The notes under the pieces: generated by a model
What the model was told of the DNA's origin: nothing
Database searches by the model: none
Seen by the model: only the letters and a program-made list of their open reading frames with translations
Assembly (NCBI RefSeq): GCF_030144855.1
Contig: NC_082706.1
Location: 57,226,001 to 57,290,000 of the forward strand
Reading direction: 5' to 3'
From: Hypanus sabinus
Lineage: Eukaryota
DNA: 64,000 bases
In this document: positions 40,301-50,599 of the stretch, one piece after another
How positions within the stretch are numbered: the stretch's first letter is position 1
Layout: each line of letters opens with the position of its first letter
Position numbers and translations under genes: made by a program

Positions 40301-43258
40301 CACTGGGTAGCTGCCTGTTCCCATACCTGTATTAATGGAGTCCACACTGGGAAGATGCCTGTTCCCATACCGGTATAAATGGAGCCCACACTGGGAAGCT
40401 GACTGTTCCCATACCGGTATTAATGGAGCCCACACTGGGAAGCTGCCTGTTCGCATACCGGCATTAATGAAGCCCACACTGGCAAGCTGCATGTTCCCAT
40501 ACCGGTATTAATGGAGCCCACACTGGGAAGCTGCCTGTTCCCATACCGGCATTAATGGAGCCCACACTGGGAAGCTGCCTGTTCCCATACCGGTATTAAT
40601 GGAGCCCACACTGGGAAGCTGCCTGTTCCCATACCGGTATTAATGGTGCCCACACTGGGAAGCTGCCTGTTCCCATACCGGTATTAATGGAGCCCACACT
40701 GGGAAGCTGCCTGTTCCCATACCGGCATTAATGGAGCCCACACTGGGAAGCTGCCTGTTCCCATACCGGTATTAATGGAGCCCACACTGGGAAGCTGCCT
40801 GTTCCCACACCGGCATTAATGGAGCCCACACTGGGAAGCTGCCTGTTCCCATACCGGCATTAATGAAGCCCACACTGGGAAGCTGCCTGTTCCCATACCG
40901 GTAGTAATGGTGCCCACACTGGGAAGCTGCCTGTTCCCATACAGGTATTTACGGAGCCCACACTGGAAAGCTGTCTGTTCCCATACCGGTATTAATGGAG
41001 CCCACACTGGGAAGCTGCCTGTTCCCATACCGGTATTACTGGAACCCACACTGGGAAGCTGCCTATTCCCATACCGGTATTAATGGAGCCACACTGGGAG
41101 GCTGCCTGTTCACATACCGGTCTTAGTAGAGCCCTCATTGGGAAGCTGCCTGTTCCCATACCGGTATTAATGGAGCCCACACTGGGAAGCTGCCTGTTCC
41201 CATACCGGCATTAATGGAGCCCACACTGGGAAGCTGCCTGTTCCCATACCGGTATTAATGGAGCCCACACTGGGAAGCTGCCTGTCCCCATACCGGTATT
41301 AATGGAGCCCACTCTGGGAAGCTGCCTGTTCCCATACCGGTATTAATGGAACCCCCAATGGGAAGCTGCCTGTTCCCATACCGGCATTAATGGAACCCCC
41401 AATGGGAAGCTGCCTGTTCCCATACCGGCATTAATGGAGACCACACTGGGAAGCTGCCTGTTCCCATACCGGCATTAATGGAGCCACACTGGGAAGCTGC
41501 CTGTTCCCATACCGGTATTAATGGAGCCCACACTGGGAAGCTGCCTGTTCCCATACCGGCATTAATGGAGCCCACACTGGGAAGCTGCCTGTTCCCATAC
41601 CGGCATTAATGAAGCCCACACTGGGAAGCTGCCTGTTCCCATACCGGTATTAATGGAAACCACACTGGGAAGCTGCCTGTTCCCATACCGGTATTAATGG
41701 AGCCCACACTGGGAAGCTGTCTGTTCCCATACCGGTATTAATGGAGCCCACACTGGGAAGCTGCCTGTTCCCATACCGGTATTAATGGAGCCCACACTGG
41801 GAAGCTGTCTGTTCCCATACCGGTATTAATGGAGCCCACACTGGGAAGCTGCCTGTTCCCATACCGGTATTAATGGAGCCCACACTGGGAAGCTGTCTGT
41901 TCCCATACCGGTATTAATGGAGCCCACTCTGGGAAGCTGCCTGTTCCCATACCGGTATTAATGGAGCCCACACTGGGAAGCTGTCTGTTCCCATACCGGT
42001 ATTAATGGAGCCCACACTGGGAAGCTGCCTGTTCCCATACCGGTATTAATGGAGCCCACACTGGGAAGCTGCCTGTTCCCATACCGGCATTAATGGAGCC
42101 CACACTGGGAAGCTGCCTGTTCCCATACCGGCATTAATGAAGCCCACACTGGGAAGCTGCCTGTTTCCATACCGGTATTAATGGAGCCCACACTGGGAAG
42201 CTGCCTGTTCCCATACCGGTAGTAATGGTGCCCACACTGGGAAGCTGCCTGTTCCCATACCGGTATTAACGGAGCCCACACTGGAAAGCTGTCTGTTCCC
42301 ATACCGGTATTAATGGAGCCCACACTGGGAAGCTGCCTGTTCCCATACCGGTATTACTGGAACCCACACTGGGAAGCTGCCTATTCCCATGCCGGTATTA
42401 ATGGAGCCACACTGGGAAGCTGCCTGTTCCCATACCGGCATTAATGGAGCCCACACTGGGAAGCTGCCTGTTCGCATGCCGGTATTAATGGAGCCCACAC
42501 CGGGAAGCTGCCTGTTCCCATACCGGTATTAACGGAGCCCACACCGGGAAGCTGCCTGTTCCCATACCGGCATTAACGGAGCCCACACTGGGAAGCTGCC
42601 TGTTCCCATACCGGTATTAATGGAGCCCACACTGGGAAGCTGCCTGTTCCCATACCGGTATTAACGGAGCCCACACTGGGAAGCTGCCTGTTCCCATACC
42701 GGTATTAATGGATCCCACACTGGGAAGCTGCCTGTTCCCAGACCGGTATTAATGGAGACACACTGGGAAGCTGCCTGTTCCCATACCGGTATTAATGGAG
42801 CCCACACTGGGAAGCTGCCTGTTCCCATACCGGCATTAATGGAGCCCACACTGGGAAGCTGCCTGTTCCCATACCGGTATAAATGGAGCCCACACTGGGA
42901 AGCTGCCTGTTCCCATACCGGTATTAATGGAGTCCACACTGGGAAGCTGCCTGTTCCCATACCGGTATAAATGGAGCCCACACTGGGAAGCTGCCTGTTC
43001 CCATACCGGTATAAATGGAGCCCACACTGGGAAGCTGCCTGTTCCCATACCGGTATTAATGGAACCCCCAATCGGAAGCTGCCTGTTCCCATACCAGCAT
43101 TAATGGAGACCACGCTGGGAAGCTGCCTTTTCCCATACTGGTATTAATGGAACCCACACTGGGAAGTTGCCTGTTCCCATACCGGTATTAATGGAACCCC
43201 CAATCCGAAGCTGCCTGTTCCCATACCTGCATTAATGGAGACCACACTGGGAAGCTGG
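34352..43258. repeat. 44-bp-unit minisatellite array (~200 units) in the V1-V2 intron
   Basis: Consensus CCCATACCGGTATTAATGGAGCCCACACTGGGAAGCTGCCTGTT. Block duplications are visible, e.g. identical ORFs at 35418 and 36998 (offset 1580). Confidence 0.98.
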
Positions 43259-43268
43259 CTCGGATATC
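43227..43268 (-). CDS. Candidate 42-nt linker micro-exon ((G)YPSQLPSVVSINA)
   Basis: Acceptor CCCATCATTTCCTCAG|GA, donor GCAG|GTATGG, phase 1-1 and frame-preserving. It overlaps the first 44-bp repeat unit. Use is unverified. Confidence 0.3.
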
Positions 43269-43528
43269 CTGAGGAAATGATGGGTGCTGTAAAAATGTTG
43301 TCAATTCATATCTTAGTTTATAATAGAGAAACGTGGAGGAGATAACCTGATAGCATAGCCTGTGAGTTTGGAGATTGTGTTAAAACTGATGGAGACACAG
43401 CAACATCACAGATAATCCCATTCTGCATTATTGATTTGTGAATTGTGTGACTGGGAAAGCAGCAGAGTTTGGCTATTTCTCGCTGACTGCTGAGTGTCTA
43501 TCATTATATAATTAGACAGAACTCTTAC

Positions 43529-43897
43529 CTACAACACGTAGTTGTGTTATGGTGGAGTAGCTATAGCAATCCGAACCTTTAAATTCAATTCTGAAGTGAT
43601 AAGGACCTTCATCTTCCTGTGTAACATTGTTTATATTCAGGGAACAGTCATTGTCGTTCAGGCTTCCAGAGAGCTGGGTCCGATGGTGATATCTTGGCAT
43701 TACACGATTGCTATCCGTGGAGTGAAAGGCTATCTGTGACTGTGAAAACAGGTCATTTGAGTTAAACCAGATTCCCACCCGTTGATCATTTGCCAGACGT
43801 GATGGATAGCTGTAGCGACACTGAATGTGTGCACACAGGCCCTTCCGCACTGTAACTTCTTGTTGAATGTTGGCTGTCCATTCCTCTGACACGACAG
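43529..43897 (-). CDS. Siglec-like N-terminal V-set Ig domain exon (V1) retaining the essential Arg
   Basis: Acceptor ACTCTCTCCTCAG|CT, donor GTAG|GTAAGA, 369 nt, phase 1-1. EEW...VTVRKGLCAHIQC...GIWF...DNDCSLNINNVTQEDEGPYHFRIEF...YSY...QLRVV aligns with CD33 VTVQEGLCVLVPC...NNCSL...YFFRME...KYSY. Confidence 0.92.
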
Positions 43898-44126
43898 CTG
43901 AGGAGAGAGTATGAATATTAAGCAACAAGACAGTATTGAAGGAGATCCTCAGTGTTGACAGTTACATTGCTGTTGGCGTGTACCGCAGAGTTCTTGGTGA
44001 GCACTATGCAGTAATGATGGAGAGCTGGCCAGTCATGGTGGTTATACTGAAGGAGTGTTATGCAGACACAAGGACAATGCCAGCAACACTCTACTATCAG
44101 CACTGCAAATCTGGAGACCCGACATA

Positions 44127-44370
44127 AGGCAGCACGATAGTGTATTGGTCAACAAGATGCTTTACAGTACAAGCCAGCCGGGTTCAATTCATGCTGCTGC
44201 CTGTAAGAAGTTTATACATTCGCCCCGTGACCATGTCCTCCCACTGTCCAAAGACATACTGGTTCATAGATCATTGTAAATTGTCCCTTGATTAGACAAG
44301 ATTAAATTGTGGGATTGCTGGGTGGCATGGCTCAAAGGGCTAGGAGGGACTATTCTGCACTGCATCTTAA
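44127..44370 (+). mobile_element. HE1-like tRNA-derived SINE
   Basis: GGCAGCACGATAGTGTATTGG (A-box-like)...GGTTCAATTC (B-box-like)...GCTGCCTGTAAGAAGTTT...CCCACTGTCCAAAGAC body typical of elasmobranch SINEs. Confidence 0.75.
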
Positions 44371-44419
44371 CAGCTGTCCACTGGACAACTGTAGGTCCAA
44401 GTACCATTGGATTTCTGTA

Positions 44420-45700
44420 CAATCAGTATGTCCGCAATGTGGGAGTATTGAAGGAGCATCAAAGGAGCACTAATCAGAATGTCTGCAATGTGGGAGTACT
44501 AAAGGAGCATCAAAGGAGCACTAATCAGTATGTCCGCAATGTGGGAGTACTAAAGGAGCTTTAAAGGAGCACTAATCAGAATGTCCGCAATGTGGGAGTA
44601 CTAAAGGAGCTTTAAAGGAGCACTAACCAGAATGTCCACAATGTGGGAGTACTAAAGGAGCATTAAAGGAGCACTAACCAGAATGTCCACAATGTGGGAG
44701 TACTAAAGGAGCTTTAAGGGAACACTAACCAGAATGTCCGCAATGTGGGAGTACTAAAGGAGCTTTAAAGGAGCACTAATCAGAACGTCCATAATGTGTG
44801 AGTACTAAAGGAGCTTTAAGGGAGCACTAATCAGAATGTCTGCAATGTGGGAGTACTAAAGGAGCATTAAAGGAGCACTAATCAGAATGTCTGCAATGTG
44901 GGAGTACTAAAGGAGCATTAAAGGAACACTAACCAGAATGTCCACAATGTGGGAGTACTAAAGGAGCTTTAAAGGAGCACTAATCAGAATGTCCACAATG
45001 TGGGAGTACTAAAGGAGCTTTAAGGGAGCACTAATCAGAATGTCCGCAATGTGGGAGTACTAAAGGAGCTTTAAAGGAGCACTAATCAGAATGTCCATAA
45101 TGTGTGAGTACTAAACGAGCTTTAAAGGAGCACTAATCAGAATGTCCACAATGTGGGAGTACTAAAGGAGCTTTAAGGGAGCACTAATCAGAATGTCCGC
45201 AATGTGGGAGTACTAAAGGAGCTTTAAAGGAGCACTAACCAGAATGTCCACAATGTGGGAGTACTAAAGGAGCTTTAAAGGAGCACTAATCAGAATGTCC
45301 GCAATGTGGGAGTACTAAAGGAGCATTAAAGGAGCACTAATCAGAATGTCTGCAATGTGGGAGTACTAAAGGATCATCAAAGGAGCACTAATCAGAATGT
45401 CCGCAATGTGGGAGTACTAAAGGAGCATTAAAGGAGCACTAATCAGAATGTCTGCAATGTGGGAGTACTAAAGGAGCATTAAAGGAGCACTAATCGGAAT
45501 GTCTGCAATGTGGGAGTACTAAAGGAGCTTTAAGGGAGCACTAATCAGAATGTCTGCAATGTGGGAGTACTAAAGGAGCATTAAAGGAGCACTAATCAGA
45601 ATGTCCGCAATGTGGGAGTACTAAAGGCGCTTTAAAGGAGCACTAATCAGAATGTCCGCAATGTGGGAGTACTAAAGGTGCTTTAAAGGAGCACTAATCT
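44420..45700. repeat. 51-bp-unit minisatellite (~25 units) in the leader-V1 intron
   Basis: Unit AATGTGGGAGTACTAAAGGAGCTTTAAAGGAGCACTAATCAGAATGTCCGC; period checked (44436 vs 44487). Confidence 0.97.
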
Positions 45701-45765
45701 CTATCAAAATTAATTTCCACCCCAACTCATTGACAGTTGATCAGCTGAGCTGCTGTTGCTGGTAC

Positions 45766-45805
45766 CTTGCAGAACTGAGAGGAGGAAATACCACTTTCCG
45801 ATCAT
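45766..45805 (-). CDS. Signal-peptide (leader) exon of the Siglec-like gene, MIGKWYFLLSVLQ
   Basis: ATG at 45805 with A at -3; hydrophobic core; phase-1 donor CAAG|GTACCA. Splices in frame to V1, giving MIGKWYFLLSVLQAVVS-EEW. An acceptor CTCTGTTCTCTTTCAG at 45848 implies the exon spans 45766-45847 and follows an upstream exon. Too short for the ORF track. Confidence 0.8.
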
Positions 45806-46384
45806 CGTGCAATCCCAGATATTCCGTCCGTTTCCTGCTCTCAGAGTCTGAAAGAGAACAGAGTTAATGAGACCCCTTCTCCTGCCTGGCGGCTTTGGCA
45901 GAGGTTAAAACTACTTGAGGACAAAATCTTTGTGGATCACTTTAATCAACTGTGTGAAGGGTGATTCTCTGCTGTGAGGTTGAGAAGGAGAGAAGCATTC
46001 TGCCAACTCTTGAGAAATCCAGCGATATTCACACTGTTCTTTGTCACTCACTACTATCTGTTTGAAAGGCAGCAGACTACCTGCACAATTTATGTTGACA
46101 CTTTCAGCAAAACCATGGAGGATCATGCTCATTGGGGAAGGGGGGTCTTTGCTTTGCTGCTGCTGATGCGTGAGAAGCCAGGGCTGGGGGGAACTTTGGG
46201 GTTCTAACATTGAACTGTCTTTCATTCTTTGGGGCTCTTCTCTGTTTCTGTGGATGTTGTTGAACCCAACAACCTGACCACGCACACTACTCGTGTCTCT
46301 GTGCTCTGTGATTCAAACTTCCCAGATCTGTGACACACAAAGGCTCAACAATATATCCCACCACCTTTCTGTTGTTTCGAATCC

Positions 46385-48150
46385 TACTTGAATTGGGTGA
46401 AATTGTCATGGGAAACAGAGAAATGGCAGAAGAATTTAATAAGTACTTTAGATCTGTCTTCACTAGGGAAGACACAAGCAATCTCCCAGATGTATGGATG
46501 GGCCAAGGACATAGGGTAACAGAGGAAATGAAACAGATTGACATTAGGAAGGAAACGGTGACTGAAGGCTGACAAATCCCCAGGTCCAGATGGTCTGCAT
46601 CCTAGGGTACTAAAGGAAGTTGCCCTGGAAATTGCGGATGCATTGGTAATCTTTTTCCAATGTTCCTTAGATTCAGGATCATTTCCTGAGGATTGGAGAA
46701 TGGCTAATGTTATCCCACTTTTTAAGAAAGGAGGGAGGGAGGGAGAAAACAGAGAACTATCATCCTGTCAGTCTAATATCAGTAGTGTGGAAGATGCTAG
46801 AGTCCATTATTAAAGATGAAATAGTGGCATATCTAGATAGCCATGATAGGATTGGGCCGAGCCAGCATGCATTTACCAAGGGCAAATCATGCTTGACTAA
46901 TCTATTGGAGTTTTGAGGATGTAACCAGGAAGTTAGACAAGGGAGATCCAGTGGATGTGGTGTACCTTGATTTTTCAGAAGGCATTTGAGAAGGTCCCAC
47001 ATAGGAGATTGGTGGGTAAAATCAGAGCTCATGACATTGGGGGGAAGATATTGACATGGATAGAAAACGGGTTGGCAGATAGAAAGCAAAGGGTAACGGT
47101 GAATGGGGGTTTCTCGGAATGGCAGGTGGTGACTAGTGGGGTGCCACAGGGCTCGGTATTGGGACCACAGCTGTTTACGATTTACATCAACGATTTAGAT
47201 GAAGGCATTGAGAATAACATCGGCAAGTTTGCTGATGATACTAAACTGGGTGGCAGTGTGACATGTGATGAGGATGTTAGGAGAATTCAGGGTGACTTGG
47301 ATAGGCTGAGTGAGTGGGCAAACACATGGCAGATGATGTTTAATGTGAATAAGTGTGAGGTTATCCACTTTGGGAGTAAGAACAGGAAGGCAGGTTATTA
47401 TCTGAATGGTGTAGAGTTAGGTAAGGGAGAAATACAAAGAGATCTGTTCATCAGTCACTGAAGGTGAATGAGCAAGTGCAGCAGGCAGTGAAGAAGGCTA
47501 ATGGAATGTTGGCCTTTATTACAAAGGGAATTGAGTACAAGAGCAAGGAAATCCTTTTGCATTTGTACAGGGCCCTGGTGAGACCACACCTGGAGTATTG
47601 AGTACACCTTTGGTCTTCAGGGTTAAGGAAGGACATCCTGGCTGTAGAGGAGGTATAGCGTAGATTCACAAGGTTAATTTCTGGGATGTCCGGACTGTCT
47701 TACGCAGAGAGGTTAGAGAGACTGGGCTTGTACACACTGGAATTAAGGAGATTGAGAGGTTATCTGATTGCAACATATAAGATTATTAAGGGATTGGACA
47801 AGATAGAGGCAGGAAATATGTTCCAGATGCTGGGAGAGTCCAGTACCAGAGGGCATGGGTTGAGAATAAGGGGTAGGTCATTTAGGACAGAGTTAAGGAA
47901 AAACTTCCTCTCCCAGAGAGTTGTGGGAGTGTGGAATGCACTGCCTCAGAAGGCAGTGAAGGCCAATCCTGTGGACACTTTCAAGAAGGAGCTAGATAGG
48001 TATCTTATGGATAGGGGAATCAAGGGATATAGGGACAAGGCAGGAACCGGGTATTGATAGTAGATGATCAGCCATGGTCAGCCATCTCAGAATGGCGGTG
48101 CAGGCTCGGAGGGCTGAATGGTCTACTTCTGCACCTATTGTCTATTAACC
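46385..48150 (+). mobile_element. CR1 LINE ORF2 RT and 3' end, 5'-truncated
   Basis: [21 protein letters not shown]...KFADDTKLGG; LERLGLYTLE; CR1 3' UTR ending ...CTATTGTCTATT. Confidence 0.93.
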
Positions 48151-48599
48151 CAAGCTAAGCTTCTCATACACTGACATCGGTATACCTGCTTCCCCTGCAA
48201 CGTGCTCATCGATGTCTCGGCTCAGCGACACCTGGGCCACTCATACTGACCATTGTTCCTTCCAGTCCCGGCTATCCTTACTTGTCCAGGCAATGTTCCA
48301 GTGCTCAAGAACACATTTCATTCATAAGACATCTTTCACGTCACTTTCTGGACACCCCAAAACTCTCTGCAGCCAGTGAAGTGCAGTCACCACGGTAACT
48401 GAAGCTTACGTGGTTTAAAGCAGAGGCTGAGAGGTACATGATTAACCAGGGCAGCAAAAGTTATGGGGGAAAGGCAGGAGACTGGGGTTAAGAAGGAAAA
48501 TAAACCAGCCATGATCAAATGACTGAGGAGACTCAATGGGCCAAATGGCTTAGTTCTGCTCTTGTGTCTTATGATCTTAATGTTGCACAGAAGTTCCCA

Positions 48600-48730
48600 T
48601 AAACAGATAAAAACACAAAATGCTGGCAGAACTCAGCAGAAACATCGTCACTACCTCCTCCCATAGATGCTGTTTGGCCTGCTGAGTTCTGCCAGCACTT
48701 TGTGTGTTTATTTATTTCCGGCATCTGCAG
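48600..48730. mobile_element. Penelope-derived fold-back remnant
   Basis: ACACAAAATGCTGGCAGAACTCAGCAG and CTGCTGAGTTCTGCCAGCACTTTGTGT form inverted arms. Confidence 0.65.
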
Positions 48731-49811
48731 ATTCACTCGTGTTGCCATAAACAGAAGTGAGATAGTGTTCCAGAGCAGCAATTCTGCAAGAGATGTGAAG
48801 AAAACTGGGTTATCGGATGGAACTCCTCACTGCTCTTTGCCTGTGATTCCCCTGGATGTTTCACCTCTCTCAGGGACGGCAGTTAAGCCCTTGGTTCAAT
48901 ATTCATTCAAAGATGGCCTGCTGGACAGTGGAGAGCTTCCTCAGCACGGTCCTTCCTAAAGCACAGCCCTCTGTAGTTTCTCCCTTACCTCTGTCTTGCT
49001 GACAGTGCAATTGCCCCTCAGTAATGTCTCTGTGCCAACGCTCAAGGCAGATTTAAAGTTCAAAGTAAATTTATTATCGGGGAAGTATACATATGTCACT
49101 ATACACATCGTTGAGATTTGTTTTCTTGCTGGCAATCACCGTAAATACAAGAAACACAATCGAATCAATGGAAACCTGCACACAACACGATGGACAAACA
49201 ACCAACGTGCAGAAAGAAAGCAACAAACTGCAAATAAAAGGAGAGAAAAATAATTATTGCTATTATCAGTAATAATAATAGTAAATGCAATAAAGCAAAT
49301 CACGACTGTTCCCCTATTTGTACAACTACTCCACAGGTCTGTCCCTCCCACTGCAGCACATTATTCCCTCCACATCGCTAGCCCTGCTTCCTCAGTTCTG
49401 GCACTGGGTTTGTCAACCACAAGTGCAGGGCTCCACTCTAAAGGGGCATATTAAAGGCTAATGCCTCTGTGAAACCTCGCCCTGCACTACCAGTGAGTAA
49501 TTACTGGGCCAACAGTCAGAGCTCTGGGCCGCTGACCCAGTTTGAATCTCACCATGGCTGCTGGGGACTTTTACATGTAAGATTCTTCTCAATAAAAGCT
49601 CATTTCAGTAAAACAACCTGTTAGGCACTTATGTCCTTCAGGGCAGGAAATTTCTCATCTGTACCCAGGCTGGCGTACCTAACACCAGGCTTCTTCTGAA
49701 CTATTTGAGCTCAGGGACAATTGAAAATGGGTGATAAATGGCACAATTACCTGCAGTTTCCAGATCCCAGAAATGAATAAATAACGTAAAAAAAATCACA
49801 ATGTTATCTGG

Positions 49812-50046
49812 NNNNNNNNNNNNNNNNNNNNNNNNNNNNNNNNNNNNNNNNNNNNNNNNNNNNNNNNNNNNNNNNNNNNNNNNNNNNNNNNNNNNNNNNN
49901 NNNNNNNNNNNNNNNNNNNNNNNNNNNNNNNNNNNNNNNNNNNNNNNNNNNNNNNNNNNNNNNNNNNNNNNNNNNNNNNNNNNNNNNNNNNNNNNNNNNN
50001 NNNNNNNNNNNNNNNNNNNNNNNNNNNNNNNNNNNNNNNNNNNNNN
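49812..50046. other. Assembly gap (N run)
   Basis: Run of N. Confidence 1.
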
Positions 50047-50599
50047 CAGAAAATGAAAGCATTCTTTGTCTACTTATAGAATATCCCCCAGGGTTGCCAC
50101 TTAAACCCTGTTAGACAAAAAGGAGTTAGTTAGCTCTTATTCAGAACCTGCTTGTCACTAATGAAGTGCTGTAATGAACGGGATCTCGGGCAACCGGCTT
50201 TCTTTGGGGACTGCAGCGAGTTAGATGGAATTAAGTGCTGAGCTGAGGGTGCAGAGAAACACTGTCAATCCGGGAGAGGGGCAGGGTGGAAATGGTGGTC
50301 TCTGCTGTGTAGTTTATTTGTTGGTATCAGAAGCATGATGACTCTTGTGAGCTGCCCCAGCACACTCTCGGACTGTATTGATTGTTGACAAAAAGGACAC
50401 ATTTCACTTTACATTTTGATGTACATGTGACAAATAAAGCAAATATGTCAGTGCATGGTCTCCTTTTGTGCCACAATGAGGCCACCAACAGGGTGGAGGA
50501 GCAACACTTTTATTTCAACAGGGTAGCCTCCAACTGTAGCCTCACTACAGGAAGGATGTGAAGCCATAGACTCCAACTCCACTCTGCTCTACTGCAAAG

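Noticed and set aside
20833-43226. C2-set, transmembrane or ITIM exons between V1 and V2
   Set aside because: I scanned the non-repetitive parts by eye and found none; they resolve as LINE fragments. The N gap at 32187-32455 could not be examined.
1-43258. V(D)J recombination signal arrays (CACACTG resembles heptamer CACAGTG in the 32- and 44-bp units)
   Set aside because: No ACAAAAACC-like nonamer at a 12- or 23-bp spacing in either unit, and the V exons are Siglec-type with no flanking RSS.
34352-43258. Ig class-switch-like region (one AGCT per unit) and the many MGSINTG... ORFs
   Set aside because: No Ig constant genes are nearby and the AGCT density simply reflects the unit. The 44-bp period shifts frame and hits TAA about every third unit, so the ORFs are artefacts.
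32159-50079. ORFs containing long X runs
   Set aside because: Artefacts of translating across the two N gaps.
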